Positions 50,570-64,000 of a stretch of DNA of 64,000 bases are shown piece after piece (the stretch's first letter is position 1; each line of letters starts with the position of its first letter). Origin of the DNA: Octopus sinensis (taxonomy: Eukaryota); contig NC_043015.1 of the NCBI RefSeq assembly GCF_006345805.1, positions 18,724,001-18,788,000 on the forward strand, read 5' to 3'. A program made the translations under genes and the position numbers. Below the pieces are notes generated by a model. That model had not been told where the DNA came from and made no database searches. It was given only the letters and a program-made list of their open reading frames with translations.

Positions 50570-50930
50570 AATATACCGCGCCGGGAAAATTGCAGCATTT
50601 CTTCCAACTTTACGTTCTGATTTCAAATTCCACCGAGGTTGACTTTGCCTTTCATCCCTTCGGGGTCGACAAAATAAGTACCATTTGAGCATTGGAGTTA
50701 ATATTATTACTGGCCCTGTGTCAAAATTTGAAACCAGTAGACTTTGGGCAAGGCGGCGAGCTGACAGAATCGTTATAGCGCTGGGGAAAATGCTCAGTGG
50801 CAGTTTTCCCGATGTTATGTTCTCAAATGCCGCCGGTGTCCAGTTGAACACTGGAGTCGATATAACCGACTTAGTTTCTTCCTGAAATTGCTGGCCTTGT
50901 GCAAAAATTTGAAACCAATATTGGAATTTG
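50570..50930 (+). mobile_element. Two adjacent partial SINE family 2 copies
   Basis: gttgactttgcctttcatcccttcggggtcgac core; second aaggcggcgagctgacagaatcg head at ~50750. Confidence 0.7.
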
Positions 50931-51089
50931 GGGAATTCAATTATTGACTAGGATAAAGGATATTAACTGAGAAGTTGTTTATAATGATATTTACCCGATT
51001 TCTTAACTTTCATTTTGTAGAAATGTTTCTAAATGGATTCATGACAGCACCCGAAACTACTCCATATATACATCATACATACGTCATTT

Positions 51090-51598
51090 CCAATATATAC
51101 ACAGTGAAACTTTACTATAGCGTCGTAAATTTATCGACTGCTATTTCTAGTAAACATTGATGCCTTGTACCACTACTCTATATTTATACTTCTATCTTTA
51201 CGGTGCTTTATTTGACTGGATAATAATACATTTGTAATGCAATATTTAATTTTTCATTGAAAACTTTTTCACTATTCTCGGGTCTGTTAACGGGTAGGCG
51301 TTCAGGCGGGTATACATTGATGTAGCAACATTTGAAATATTCCCCAGGTAAATCTAGCTGAAAAAGACTAATCAAATTTATGATAACAAACGTATTTGAA
51401 GAGTCCGAAACCTAGGTACTAGATTATCTGATTCTGGGTTGTCAATTTATCTAATGTTCTTTCTAGAGGTAAGACGATTTTTTTAAATTTTCAGTACCAT
51501 CACACGTCTTTGCCAGTATATACACAGTGAAGCTTTACTACAGCGTCGTAAATTTATCGACTGCTATTTCTAGTAAACATTGGTGCCTTGTTGTACCA

Positions 51599-51602
<4 letters not shown>
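51090..51602 (+). mobile_element. Family C hammerhead repeat, 423-bp unit plus partial second copy
   Basis: acagtga.. at 51101 and 51524; homologous to 19340-20275. Confidence 0.7.
51351..51425 (+). ncRNA. Type I hammerhead relic, family C (stems intact, core mutated to CUGAAAA)
   Basis: aatctag-CTGAAAA-agact...agtcc-GAAA-cctagg-TA-ctagatt; palindromic ACCUAGGU. Confidence 0.6.
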
Positions 51603-51657
<55 letters not shown>

Positions 51658-51698
51658 GCATGTATATATATGTATGTATGTGTGTGTGTGTGTGTGTA

Positions 51699-51758
<60 letters not shown>

Positions 51759-54700
51759 CTTCCTAAAGACATCGCTTTTTCAGAGATAGATCTAATTAAG
51801 TAGATGTCAGATGCAATAACTCTGTGGATTGTTTGATGTAATTCATGCGTGATGTCATATGCATCATTTGGACACATTTAAGTGTCAATAAAATGTTTTC
51901 CTCTGTCGGTGAAAACTTACACTGGCGATGTTTTTGCCGTAAATGTGTTTGATGCAGAAGACAAGGCAATACTTCAAGTTCACATTTTGACAGGTTGGTA
52001 GAAATTTGTTGCTTGGATGTTACCCCGTCAGTTTAGTGGACATGGTACAGCAGGTGGAACAACTAATGTAGTCGTATATAAAAACCGAGGGTACAACCAG
52101 TAATTAAAAAAACAGCCATTGTCACTTTTTCATTCTTATAAAAATCTGTTAATAGGTAATTACTATACAGTTCAGTTCCGGGAATTGCCAGAAAAAAAAA
52201 GAGAAATATAAAACCATGATTGTAGTATTTCATGTGTCGTAGAATGTTACAAAGCAAAACAGCGTTACTAATCAGTGGCAATCCTAGCAGAAAAACTCCC
52301 CAACATTAATTTACAGACTCTATTGCTTTCTGTCGATGAGAAGCTGTCCTGTTTTCACAGACATTCAATTAATCGTGAATGTCAGATTTGCACGGTGTAG
52401 AGGACCTAGTCTTCTGTCATTGCTTCCAGTTACTTATCTTTACCTATAAGAAATAAACTGTGAGAAAAAGAATTGTTCTCACTGTAAACGATGAAACTGT
52501 CATGTTTCATTTATTACTCTGTCTGGTGGCAGAATATACACTGAAATTGAAAATGAAATCATGCAAGAAAGGCATTTTCAATTGTTGCGTAGAAATTATT
52601 TTCTGTGTATTTTACTTACTATATTCGTATCATACAATCACATTCATACATACAATCACATACATACATACAATCACATACATACATACATACATTCATA
52701 CATACACACACATACATACATACATTCATACATACACACATACATACATGCATGCATCATGCATACATACATACATACATACATACATACATACATACAT
52801 ACATACATACATACATACATACATACATGGTGGCTGCCCCCTCGTTATCGAGTATGGCCATTGCACGAAGCTTAACCAATGTTGTTATCGTGCAATGCTT
52901 GTGCAAAAAGATTTTTTTTAAAGTGAGGAAAGGCTGTGCACTGAGTCAATCCCACTCACTAAGCAACAGCAGCCATTATCCGAAAAGAAAAACAAGTCAA
53001 CATAATCGGTAACCACTGAGCCGCAGCTTTTATGTCGGAGTTATCCCAGTTACCTGAGTTACCTTCTCCTAGAAGGATGCCCTAACAAAGGCTAGGAGTC
53101 CTTCACTCCCAATTGTTTAACCGTGCGATCGAGTATTCAGTCCCATTATTTCTATGTCCCCACGCTTGATACAGCCATAAGACATTTATTGGATGGCCGT
53201 TGACTCTCAAGAGTTCCTCCGCCCTCTGACATGTTATGTTTTTCATCCCGCAGGGTATCCAATAAACACCCTCCTCACCAAGCAAGCTTGGTGGGGTTGC
53301 CGGTTTAGTCGCCGACGACCCGACCATGCAACAGGTTGTACTGGGTTACATGTTACCAGTAGCATTCGAAAGTGACCTGACATAAAGATAAACATACATA
53401 CATACATACATACGTACGTACGTACATACATACATACATACATACATACATACATACATACGTACGTACGTACATACATACATGCATACATACATACATA
53501 CATACATACATACATACATACATACATACATACATACATACATACATACATACATACATACATACATACGTACGTACATACATACATACTGCTAGACTAT
53601 CTGCCCATTAAATAAACATGTCAGTACCTGAATGTTCAGCAGACACATATATCCGTAACATAATTCTCATGCTGAATTAACGGTAGCCAATGTGACAACG
53701 ATGGGCCCTTGAAATTATAGGTATTTTGGTGGGTTTCCATATAATTTCTATTTACACAATTTAACTAACAAGATTTGGGCCGATCCGAGGCTGTGATAAA
53801 AGACACTTGCTCATGTTGCAAAGTGGAATCACATTTGCAATCTCATGATTAGGAAACAAAGTCCTTGACCACTCAGCTATGTCTGCAGTCTGCTTGCTCT
53901 CTCTCTCTCTCTCTCTCTCTCTCGCTCTCTCTCTCTATCTATCTGTCTGTCTGTCTGTTATCTGTCTATCTCCCCCCTCTCTCTCTCTATCTCTCAAACA
54001 CACACGAACACACTCATACACCCCACAAAGACGCGTATATTTATTCTTACTGATCCACAAAATATTGTTGTAAGCTCATACAGAGATAACGTTTTCTATT
54101 ATTATGCTCGCTACAAGCATTCATTTATTACATTCGTTAACGAAAGGAAATTCACATACATACTAATCGCCTTTACAGTCATATGCATAAATTATTATTC
54201 TTGTCATAAAACTCCCTTATAATGCTGTTGCTGTTACACGTGAATGTTATAGAAACTTTGTCGGTACACATACGCACATAAACTCACGTACATATTTTAC
54301 TATTGTATATATAGCCATAGACACAGAGACACGCGCAATAACATTTATCCGCCGGGTTATTTATGTTTTACAAACAAAATATGTTATTTAGCCTTTTATT
54401 ACATTCATTAAATACATTATAATTTGACCACACATCCCAAACAAACACACACGCACACGATACATGTGTAAATTTGAAATAAGAGATATCAGATCCGTAC
54501 ACTATATTTAAAATTATGTTAAACTGAATGATTTTAGACATTGTAAATATCGGTTTGAAACAGAAGAGAGAAAAAAATTCCGATCACATGAAGTGAACCG
54601 TGCAATTATCGTTTTTCAAGTTATTTCAGTGTGATAGTCACTTTTGTCAAAAAGTGATACTTATGACAATTAACGTATGCTTTATTAAAATCTCAGCAGT

Positions 54701-55801
54701 TAATTATTATCCATTTCTAAATGAATAGCTGATTGTATCAAACCCACGTATTTCTTGTATGTGTAGTAAACTGGTTCACATCCATTTATTTATAATTTAT
54801 TTGGTGAAGTAACTCACAAAAATAAGTGAGTTTATTAGTTAAAAAAGATATACTTAATCAAAACTGATCGCCTCAACGCATTTAGTTCATTGTTTGATAT
54901 ACTATTGATATATTGGGTCTATAGAGTAGAAAGATGATGAATAAAATCTAAAAAGAAAATGCTTACTATTAGAAGCTTTTCGCTATATGTTTCTAAATGT
55001 AGTTAAGAGTTAGAACATTTCCCATACTATCGATCTACGTTTTTAATCCTGGTAAATATCTACCTTAAAAATCATTACACTGTGAATAATCAAACAAAAA
55101 TCTTATAATGTATCCGGTCTTGGAGCAATTCCAAGTATTCAATGCTTTGTTTCTATCTGCCCAACAATGACCAGTCTTCATTTTAATTGGGGATATATAA
55201 TATATAAAAAAAATAACAACATAAGTCAGAAAAAAAAGACAACATACGTTTTCGATGTCGCTTCAGAAGTTTTTTTTATTATTTATCACATTGCATTTAG
55301 ATAAAGACTATCCACTGAAATATTATAAGAAATTCTAATATTTATGTAGTGCGACTGACATACCAAAGCGTACTACAGACTACATCCTGTGAAGTAGGTA
55401 ACAGACAACTCCGTTTCAAATTGCGTTATATATAACTGGATATTCTATATCATGATAATATTCCTGGATGTTTTATCAAATGAAATGAAGATCTTGAGCT
55501 CATCGATCCTATCATGGATGGCTTATATTTCAAAAAATATTAATGGCTGTTAACAATGATTAAGAAAATATGGTCTCAAAAGCAACCTGCGGAATACATT
55601 TCAATGCCTGTTCGATAAATATAGGATATGCATGTATAGTGTATGGATAGAGATAAAAAAATTACCGTTCATGTTTGAATCAATGCAAAAAGGTTTTCCT
55701 TTTCATTAGTGTGTGCGTGTGTATGTGTGTGTATGTGTGTGTGTATGTATGTGTGTGTGAGAGAGATAGGGAGAAAGTGAGAGAGAGTGAGAGTGAGAGA
55801 G

Positions 55802-55863
<62 letters not shown>

Positions 55864-56357
55864 AATACAAAAATGGAGAAAGAAATTGGGGTATGTAAGG
55901 TTAAGAGAATGCGAGACGTGGATTCAGCTAACAGAATGCGAGACGGTTAAGAGAATGAGTGACGTGGATTTATTTAGGCAACGGCATGTTCTCAGCTTGA
56001 CAGAAAATAAATTTCCGTTTGTTTATAATTGTTTGGTTGAATATTTGTCCCCAAATTAAAGTTGTAGTTAGTGGATAACGATCAGTGACTGAAAATGTGA
56101 TTTTTTAAATTTTCGGACATCATTCGTGTTGTGTGACAAACATTTGGGCCAATATATATGGCGGCCTGCAGAAGTGGTCAGTTTCGGATCGAATTGAGAT
56201 GCAGGTGTAGCGCCAACAGGTCGTTCATTATTCACAATCATTCATTATTGAACAAAGGGTAGAGACGTAGAAGCTGGTCCTTCGTCAATGAATAGATCTT
56301 TAAAACACTTAATATTGATAGCATAACGCTGCCCTTTCACAAGTAGGACGTAATATT

Positions 56358-56494
56358 ACGTTGTCCCAAAAGTTCGTAAACACTTGCGAAAATTGAATTT
56401 TTACTCGCCAAGTACTAACAAAAACAACAAAAATTATTCCTCAAAATAAAGACCATTATTTTCCAAGACTTTCTATGAACTTTTGGGACAACCT
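56358..56494. mobile_element. Small Tc1/mariner-type MITE
   Basis: ~20-bp TIRs acgttgtcccaaaagttcgta / tatgaacttttgggacaacct. Confidence 0.6.
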
Positions 56495-56512
56495 TATATT
56501 TGGGAATACAGT

Positions 56513-56700
56513 TAAGGCGGCGAGGTGGCAGAATCGTTATTGCGCTGGAAAAATGCTTAGTGTCATTTTTTTCCAAGTTTATGTTCTGAGTTCAAATGGC
56601 GTCGACTTTGCCTTTCATTCTTTTGAGGTCAATAGAATAAGTACCAGTTGACTTACCCCCTTCCTCCTAGCCTTGTACCAAAATTTGACACTGATATTTA
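56513..56700 (+). mobile_element. SINE family 2, diverged
   Basis: taaggcggcgaggtggcagaatcg head; gtcgactttgcctttcatt core. Confidence 0.7.
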
Positions 56701-58092
56701 GGAATACAACGGAGATTTTATACGGCTCCAGATACGGTAACTAAAGTGTTTTTCTGAAGAAATCATCTCGTACAAAATTATGAGTGTATTTTTTCCCCCA
56801 ATTCTTTTGATGCCATCGAAACACCTTGTTAATTCGTAAGAGACATATTTTATATAAATTATCTCAATCGACACTCGTCAACGAATCTTGTGAATTATTT
56901 TCTAGATTAGGTGTGAGCACGTAGTCGGATAACTTAGTTGTAGTTTTATATATTAGTTATGCGGTAGTAACGTAAGATGATGCCGTACAAAATCCAAGCT
57001 CTATCAACTGAATTGAGAATTCCCTATATTGAAAGGCAAATCAGTATTTGAATAATTACGAAAACATGACAGAAAAACATAGTTGATGTTGTTCAGAAAT
57101 GCCGCAAGTAATTAATACATTATAACTGTAGGAGTAAACGAAATGCGTTTCTAGTGTCAGTCGATCGATCGATGAACCTTTGAAAAAAAACAATTTTGAA
57201 GAGAATATTTTTGAAGCGAAATTTGGATCTAGTCAAACCCACAAATGTTCTCTTAATCGAATTGTTCATATATGAATCTTTATCTAGAATAGGTAAGCTT
57301 GCAGTTAGATATGATAGATATATAGGTATTTAGGAAAATTACACAGTGAAATATTGGACATAAGTATTAATTTGTATTATATCAGGAAATATTTTGAGCT
57401 TTGCGCTAAAATAATTTTGAGGTTATTACTAACCGTGTGTACCTGTGTGCGCGCATACACACATACAAATAGGTTTATAAGATATTCAATATTCACATAC
57501 TAATGCATGTTCAAACATATGTTAAGGTATATCCGTAAATGACTGCATTCGTGTTGATCCTTTTTAATATTAACTATATATATAACTATACATGTATTTA
57601 CACATGTTTGTCTTGGCGTACATCTGTGTGTGTGTTTGTATGTTTATGGATTTATGTGCATGTGTGTGTGTTCGTGTGTGTGTGTGTGTGTGTTGTGTGT
57701 GTGTATGTGTGTACGTGCGCGTGTGTGAGTGCGAGCCAAATTAGAAAACAACCTTTAGTCACAGTTTACTATATACATTTTCAGTCGATAGTCGCATAAA
57801 TATGTCAATTTTCTATTTGATGTGAAACAAATGAGTAAAATTCGTTATCTTCATTAGCGATTCAAAATCTGACCCCACACTATATAGGATTGATTTTGAT
57901 AATTAATTATAAAACGTTTGATGTTAAGTTAAATTCTTTTTAAGATTTGTAGCAGATTTATGTAGCATGATATATGTATGCTTTAGTGTAACTCCCCACT
58001 CATCCTCACACAGTTTTATATATATATACACACACGCACAAAGGCACGCAGGTACTATACTTATGTGTGTGTTTGCGTGTCTGTATGTGTGA

Positions 58093-58146
<54 letters not shown>

Positions 58147-58659
58147 GTATATATATATATACCAATTAAGGACTGAACACGAAAAGTGGACAGTCAACAT
58201 GCTAGATATAGACGTCAAATCGCCATTCACCACAAAAGATTATGTTCTCAGATCAAACTCAACACAAAACCATAGCTGATCTGAGAACATAATCTTTTGT
58301 GGTGAATGGCGATTTGACGTCTATATCTAGCATGTTGACTGTCCACTTTTCGTGTTCAGTCCTTAATTGGTATATATAAATATTTTAATCTTCGGATTCT
58401 TTTTTTAATATGCTAGACCACTGGTCTTAATTGATAAATATCAATTTCTACCCTTAATTAATTTTATATAAATAAATATGTTCTCTAACCGATAAATTAA
58501 CTGCTGCTAATTATTAGCTGCAGGCTAGTTTTCTCGGGTTCCAACGCGCCAAAGTAAAGGCATTTGAAAGATATATTCAAATGTAATAGGCTGAACTCCA
58601 TGCACGCGATATTTCGGTATCGTGTTTGCATCTAGTCCAGCAAATTACATTTATAACGG

Positions 58660-58726
58660 ACCATGCTGATGATGGCTGCAGTTTTCCTTGCGGAAAATAA
58701 CAGCTGAAACTAATTTAGTACATGGT
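58660..58726 (+). ncRNA. Type I hammerhead, array B copy 1
   Basis: accatg-CTGATGA-t-ggctg-ca-gttttcc-ttgc-ggaaaat-aa-cagct-GAAA-ctaatttag-TA-catggt; GUA site ends at 58720. Confidence 0.8.
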
Positions 58727-59161
58727 AATTATTTTATTTCGTATATTTTTCACTTGTTATTGCTATGGTTTTGTGTGAGTTTGATCTGAGAACATAATCT
58801 TTTGTGGTGAACGGCGATTTGACGTCTATATCTAGCATGTTGACTGTCCACTTTTCGTGTTCAGTCCTTATTGGTATATATAAATATTTTAATCTTCGGA
58901 TTCTTTTTTTAATATGCTAGACCACTGGTCTTAATTGATAAATATCAATTTCTACCCTTAATTAATTTTATATAAATAAATATGTTCTCTAACCGATAAA
59001 TTAACTGCTGCTAATTATTAGCTGCAGGCTAGTTTTCTCGGGTTCCAACGCGCCAAAGTAAAGGCATTTGAAAGATATATTCAATGTAATAGGCTGAACT
59101 ACATGCACGCGATATTTCGGTATCGTGTTTGCATCTAGTCCAGCAAATTACATTATAACGG

Positions 59162-59228
59162 ACCATGCTGATGATGGCTGCAGTTTTCCTTGCGGAAGAT
59201 AACAGCTGAAACTAATTTAGTACATGGT
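59162..59228 (+). ncRNA. Type I hammerhead, array B copy 2
   Basis: Same motif; ggaagat variant keeps pairing via U-G; GUA ends at 59222. Confidence 0.8.
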
Positions 59229-59489
59229 AATTATTTTATTTCGTATATTTTTCACTTGTTTATTGCTATGGTTTTGTGTTGAGTTTGATCTGAGAACATA
59301 ATCTTTTGTGGTGAATGGCGATTTGACGTCTATATCTAGCATGTTGACTGTCCACTTTTCGTGTTCAGTCCTTAATTGGTATATATAAATATTTTAATCT
59401 TCGGATTCTTTTTTTAATATGCTAGACCACTGGTCTTAATTGATAAATATCAATTTCTACCCTTAATTAATTGTATATATATATATATA

Positions 59490-59632
<143 letters not shown>

Positions 59633-59635
59633 TAT

Positions 59636-60490
59636 GAGTGACCACATAGACTCATGCGCTAAAGACTTAAACCCCAAATTCTATATATTCCCCTTCTACC
59701 AATGTAAAGACGGGATCACCACAAAGGAGAGAATTAACAAGGAGAATCTCTTTATTGAAAAATTCCAAACACAACTTAATATGCAAACTCCTCGTTGATC
59801 AAACTTCCTTTTTCTACCTCATTCTTCATGGATGGACTAACACAAATATATAAGGATACCATGCATTCATCACTTCAAGCTAAAACTTATATTCTTTAAA
59901 TATCATTTTTACTATTGTTGTTATTACTATCATTTTTATTATATATGATATAACAATCTGAAATGTAATTATAAATTGGTCTATGCAAATTTATATAATT
60001 TAAAATCTGAAAGTTAAGTTAACAAACAGTTATATAAAAAAGATAATGCAAATGAAGCTAAAATGATAATTTTATAATTTGGGGTTTATTAGCAGCCTTT
60101 ATTGCAGGGGAGTTTGAGAAACACAAATTGAAGAACTCAAAAGAGTTGTCTCCCCTTATTCACAACACAGGAACTGAAGAACCACAATTACTACTACTTC
60201 CTGTTTTGCCAACATCCTTAATTAAACCAAACAACACATGGTCTTAATCCCATTGGATCCTAATACTTCAAGGTAATTTTTTCGTGAACAATCATTAAAC
60301 TCAAGATACACAACGAACTCACAATGTATCGGAGTACTTATTTCTTAATTTTTGTACATATTTATTATTATTCTTTTGCAAAAAACAATGCAACTTTCTT
60401 TTTTCCCCTTTCTCATTTTTAAAAAACTTTTTTACCTAACTATTCTTGATAAGTCACATCATGACGAAAACCGGTTTGAATAAATATATA
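59636..60490 (+). mobile_element. 3' remnant of another PLE family (GIY-YIG C-terminus plus pLTR)
   Basis: DHIDSCAK..FYIFPFYQC..ERINKENLFIEKFQTQLN* resembles a PLE endonuclease end; HHR ~640 bp downstream. Confidence 0.6.
60441..60482 (+). ncRNA. Minimal type I hammerhead with U3-A8 compensatory core (UUGAUAA)
   Basis: tattc-TTGATAA-gtca-catca-tgac-GAAA-accggt-TT-gaata; palindromic AAACCGGUUU. Confidence 0.6.
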
Positions 60491-60624
60491 TTTATATATT
60501 TTATCAATTTCTCATTTCATTAAAATTTTTTTTCAATTTAGCATTCTGCATTTTTACAATTTTTCCTTGCTTATCATTTCTCCACGTGCGGTCAACACAA
60601 CCCCACCATTTATTGATCTCTCTC

Positions 60625-60683
<59 letters not shown>

Positions 60684-60684
<1 letters not shown>

Positions 60685-60832
60685 GGCACAGGCGTGGCTG
60701 TGTGGTAGGCAGCTCGCTTACTAACCACATGGTTCCGGGTTCAGTCTCACTGCGTGATATCTTTGTCTCTAGCTTCGGGCTGACCAAAACCTAGTGAGTG
60801 GATTGGTAGGCGGAAACTGAAAGAAGCCCATC

Positions 60833-60904
<72 letters not shown>

Positions 60905-62390
60905 GGGTTGGACAAAATAATGGAAACACCTTAAAATTTCAGGCAAATTGATTTTAATATGGGATAGGACCGGCTTTGGCAGTAATTACACCTTGAATTC
61001 TACGACATATGGATTCGTACGAAGTTTGAATTGTTTCCAACGGAATTTTGTCCATTCTTCAGTTAGAACAGTCTCCAGTTCTTGTAGTGATGATGCTGGA
61101 GGATATTGACTCCTTATTTGTTTTTCTAAAATGCACATAAATATTCAATAATATTGAAATCTGTCGACTGTGGTGACCAGATAAGTTGTTCAACTTCACT
61201 AGAATGTTCCTCGTGCCATTCAGTTACAACGTCAGCTGAGTAAATTGGTGCATTATCATCCTGAAAGATTGCGTTTCCCTCCGGAAACAGTTCTGCAACC
61301 ATAGGATGAATTTAATCAGATAAAATGCTTAAATAGCCTTGATTATTAATTCTGCCATGAAGGCGGATTTTCAAGATATAGCCCCGCCAAATCATTACAG
61401 ATCCCCCTTCCATGTTTAACAGTTGGAAGAAGACAGTCTGGGTAAAATGGTTCTTTTGGCTGTCTCTACGCGTATACTCGGCCGGTGGTCGGAAATAAAG
61501 TAAAGGATGATTCGTTCGAGAAAATAACATTCTTCCTCGGCTCTAGGGACCAATTCTGTAGGTTTTTACTTCACTCTAAACGCTTTCCAACGCTTCTTTT
61601 TGAAAGTAGTGGTTTTCTGATTGCAGCCCTCTATTGAAATCCGACTTTGTGCAGCTCCCGGCGAACAGGTTTTGTGGAAGCTGGATTCTCGAGGTGGTCA
61701 TTAAGCTCTGCAGTAATTTTGGGAGCTGTACTTTTGTGATCCTTTTTAATAATTAGCGTACGCGTCCGACGGTCCCTATCTGAAAGTTTTGGTTTTCTTC
61801 CGGAGTTTTGTTTTGACGAGGAGGTTTCTCCCTCTTTCTCAAAGGGTGTCATTACCTTAGAGACAATACTTTTTGATATACCAAACATTTCGGCTGTTTT
61901 CGTTAAGCTAGCGCCTGTCATACGAGCACCAACAATTTGACCTCTTTGAAAGTCCGATAGAGCTGTCATTTTAATGGATTTTAATTACCTTTTCTGATGA
62001 TATCTGAAAAGAAATAGCAATTTCAGCAAAACATATTAAGCAACGATAATAATAAATCAAAAATCATAAAAATAAACAAGCTTTTGACAGTTTTATAGAT
62101 ATTTCAAAATTATGATGCTATGATGGTAGGTGTTTCCATTATTTTGTCCAATCCCTGTATAAATATATGTGTGTGTGTGTATATTTGTGTGTCTGTGTTT
62201 GTCACTCCACATCGCTTGACAACTGATGTTGGTGTGTTTACGCCTCCGTAAACTAGCGGTTCGGCAAAACAGACAGATAGAATAAGTAACAGTCTTACAA
62301 AGAATAAGTCCTGGGCTCGATTTGTTCGAGTAAAGGCGGTGTTCCATCATGGCCGCAGTCAAATGAATGAAACAAAAAAGTATAAAAGAA
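60684..62390 (+). mobile_element. SINE family 1 split by a Tc1 insertion in its internal (TA)n
   Basis: 5' half ~60684-60835, 3' half ~62160-62390. Confidence 0.8.
60902..62157 (-). mobile_element. Tc1-family transposon, 30-bp TIRs, TA TSD, degraded transposase
   Basis: caggggttggacaaaataatggaaacacct / aggtgtttccattattttgtccaatccctg; LSDFQRGQIVGAR..GRKPKLSDRDRR..TVRRELH-like paired domain; MEGGSVMIW. Confidence 0.92.
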
Positions 62391-63028
62391 TATATATATA
62401 TTATTATACGATTGAAAGCCACGCATCATCTTCCAAGTAAGTTTTATCTTAATATTCTGATGCACACTCTCTACTATCTTTTTACTCTTTCGTCTTTCTT
62501 TCCTTCTCTCTCTTATTCTTTTAGCTCCTCTTGTCCCACTTTTCTATCCTATTACTCTGTCACTCTCTCTCTCTCTCACTCCACCCTCAATCCTCCCACG
62601 TGACCATTGGCCATCTTTCTTCTAACTTCTGTTTCTTTCTCTCCGTTGTAGCTGGAGGACGTGTTCTTGTCTGCCTCCTGTCCAAGCTTGATTTACGCGT
62701 TCACCACCACAACCTCATTTAGGCCTAGCAGCCCTTCCTGTTTGTTTTCACTATCCTGTTTGTGTTACCAATTCTGACCCTCCCCAAATCCCAAATTTTA
62801 TTTAATTTGATTTGCGGGATCAACTGTTTTCTCAAAAGCGTATATTGTTGCTAAATGCTAGAAATACGATGTAGAAAAACAACCAACAACTGATGAAGGG
62901 TCGATCTTTATGTTGTTTTTCTTGGTTTCCATTTGTGTCTTTCGTTGTTTGAAAAAATAGTTCATAATCCATGTACACATACTTCGTATTTTTTTTGTTG
63001 TACACGTTTCGTGACGTCCTGTGCCCAC

Positions 63029-63073
<45 letters not shown>

Positions 63074-63179
63074 CGTATAGATGTAAGTATGTACATGTAC
63101 GTATGGATATATGCATATATATATATATGTATATATATATACGTATAGATGTAAGTATGTACATGTACGTATGGATATA

Positions 63180-63235
<56 letters not shown>

Positions 63236-63244
63236 CGCGCGCGT

Positions 63245-63449
63245 GTGTGTATTTCTATATGTTTGTGTTTGTCCCACCTCACCGCTTAAAAACTATTGTC
63301 GGATTGTTTGCGTTCCCGTTACTCAGCAGTTCAGCAAAAGAGCCGGACAAAGTATTTACCAGGCTAAAAATAAGTTAAGTATTCATGTAGAATCGTTCGA
63401 TTAAGACTCTTCAACACGGTGCCCCAGGGTGACTAAGTGCAATGACTGA

Positions 63450-63450
<1 letters not shown>
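63245..63450 (+). mobile_element. SINE family 1, 3' half, diverged
   Basis: tgtttgtgtttgtcccacc..accgctt..gtttgcgttcccgttactcagcagttcagcaaaagagccgga..caatgactgaaac. Confidence 0.6.
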
Positions 63451-63494
<44 letters not shown>

Positions 63495-63702
63495 GTTTAT
63501 ATATTTGTTGGGCAAGATTTTTTATGTGAAGTCGTGTGTTGAAACACATATTGTTATATTTCGGAATGGTCATTTTGCCAGTTTAGCCACTAAAATCACA
63601 CGCACTATATATTTGATGTTATTTTGCTTCAGTGTTATTAAGCTGGTGTATGTGGAAGTGAAGCATTACGGCATGGATATAAGAGATGACACGCATGGGA
63701 AG

Positions 63703-63753
<51 letters not shown>

Positions 63754-64000
63754 GTATATATAAGTGCATGAATCGTATTCCAATTTCTTTCACATTTCAA
63801 TGAACAGCAAATGAGTGACTATCTTTCCTTTCAGACACAATAAAGGCTACGCTTTAAGGTTATTTGGATAAAATTTTCAGAAATAACCCAAAAGGTTTAC
63901 CATTAATTCCGTGAAATATTCATGGGTGCCGCTAGTCTTGAATAATCCACGTAGAAGAGATACCTGATATGAGACTTCAGTTTTCAATTTTAACGTATCA

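Larger units (their letters stand above)
58154..59472 (+). mobile_element. Hammerhead tandem array, ~504-bp unit x ~2.4, with inverted leader: candidate non-LTR retrozyme family B
   Basis: gatctgagaac at 58278, 58783, 59287; 58154-58276 is the reverse complement of part of the unit; (TA)n on both sides. Confidence 0.85.

Noticed and set aside
53045-53390. Repeat resembling an RTE 5' UTR with a possible HDV-like ribozyme (ggcgactaaac)
   Set aside because: Could not build consistent P1/P2/P3 pairings by hand; needs a descriptor search.

Overview
Eukaryotic, AT-rich, microsatellite-dense DNA with no confidently identifiable host gene. The SINE repertoire resembles an octopus/cephalopod genome (inference from recognised repeat families). 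Most ORF-track entries are microsatellite or low-complexity artefacts. Transposable elements present: four Neptune-type Penelope-like element (PLE) copies (one near full length, with both pLTRs), a Naiad-type PLE remnant, a third PLE 3' remnant, RTE/CR1/R4-type LINE fragments, TIR-bounded mariner and Tc1 elements, a Chapaev-like relic and three tRNA-SINE families. The main hidden signal is RNA-level: hand-folding reveals at least eight distinct sequence families carrying type I hammerhead ribozyme (HHR) motifs. Two are young non-coding tandem arrays that look like non-LTR retrozymes: 7 x ~399 bp at 5153-8007, and ~2.4 x ~504 bp with an inverted leader at 58154-59472. A third, decayed array family occurs at two loci. 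The other HHRs sit in PLE pLTRs or solo pLTR-like elements, and several carry unusual core variants (conserved A6U; compensatory U3-A8). Most of these elements are inserted in (TA)n tracts and often carry PLE-style inverted segments, suggesting a PLE-driven retrozyme/circRNA system. All folds are manual; no ribozyme activity or expression has been shown.
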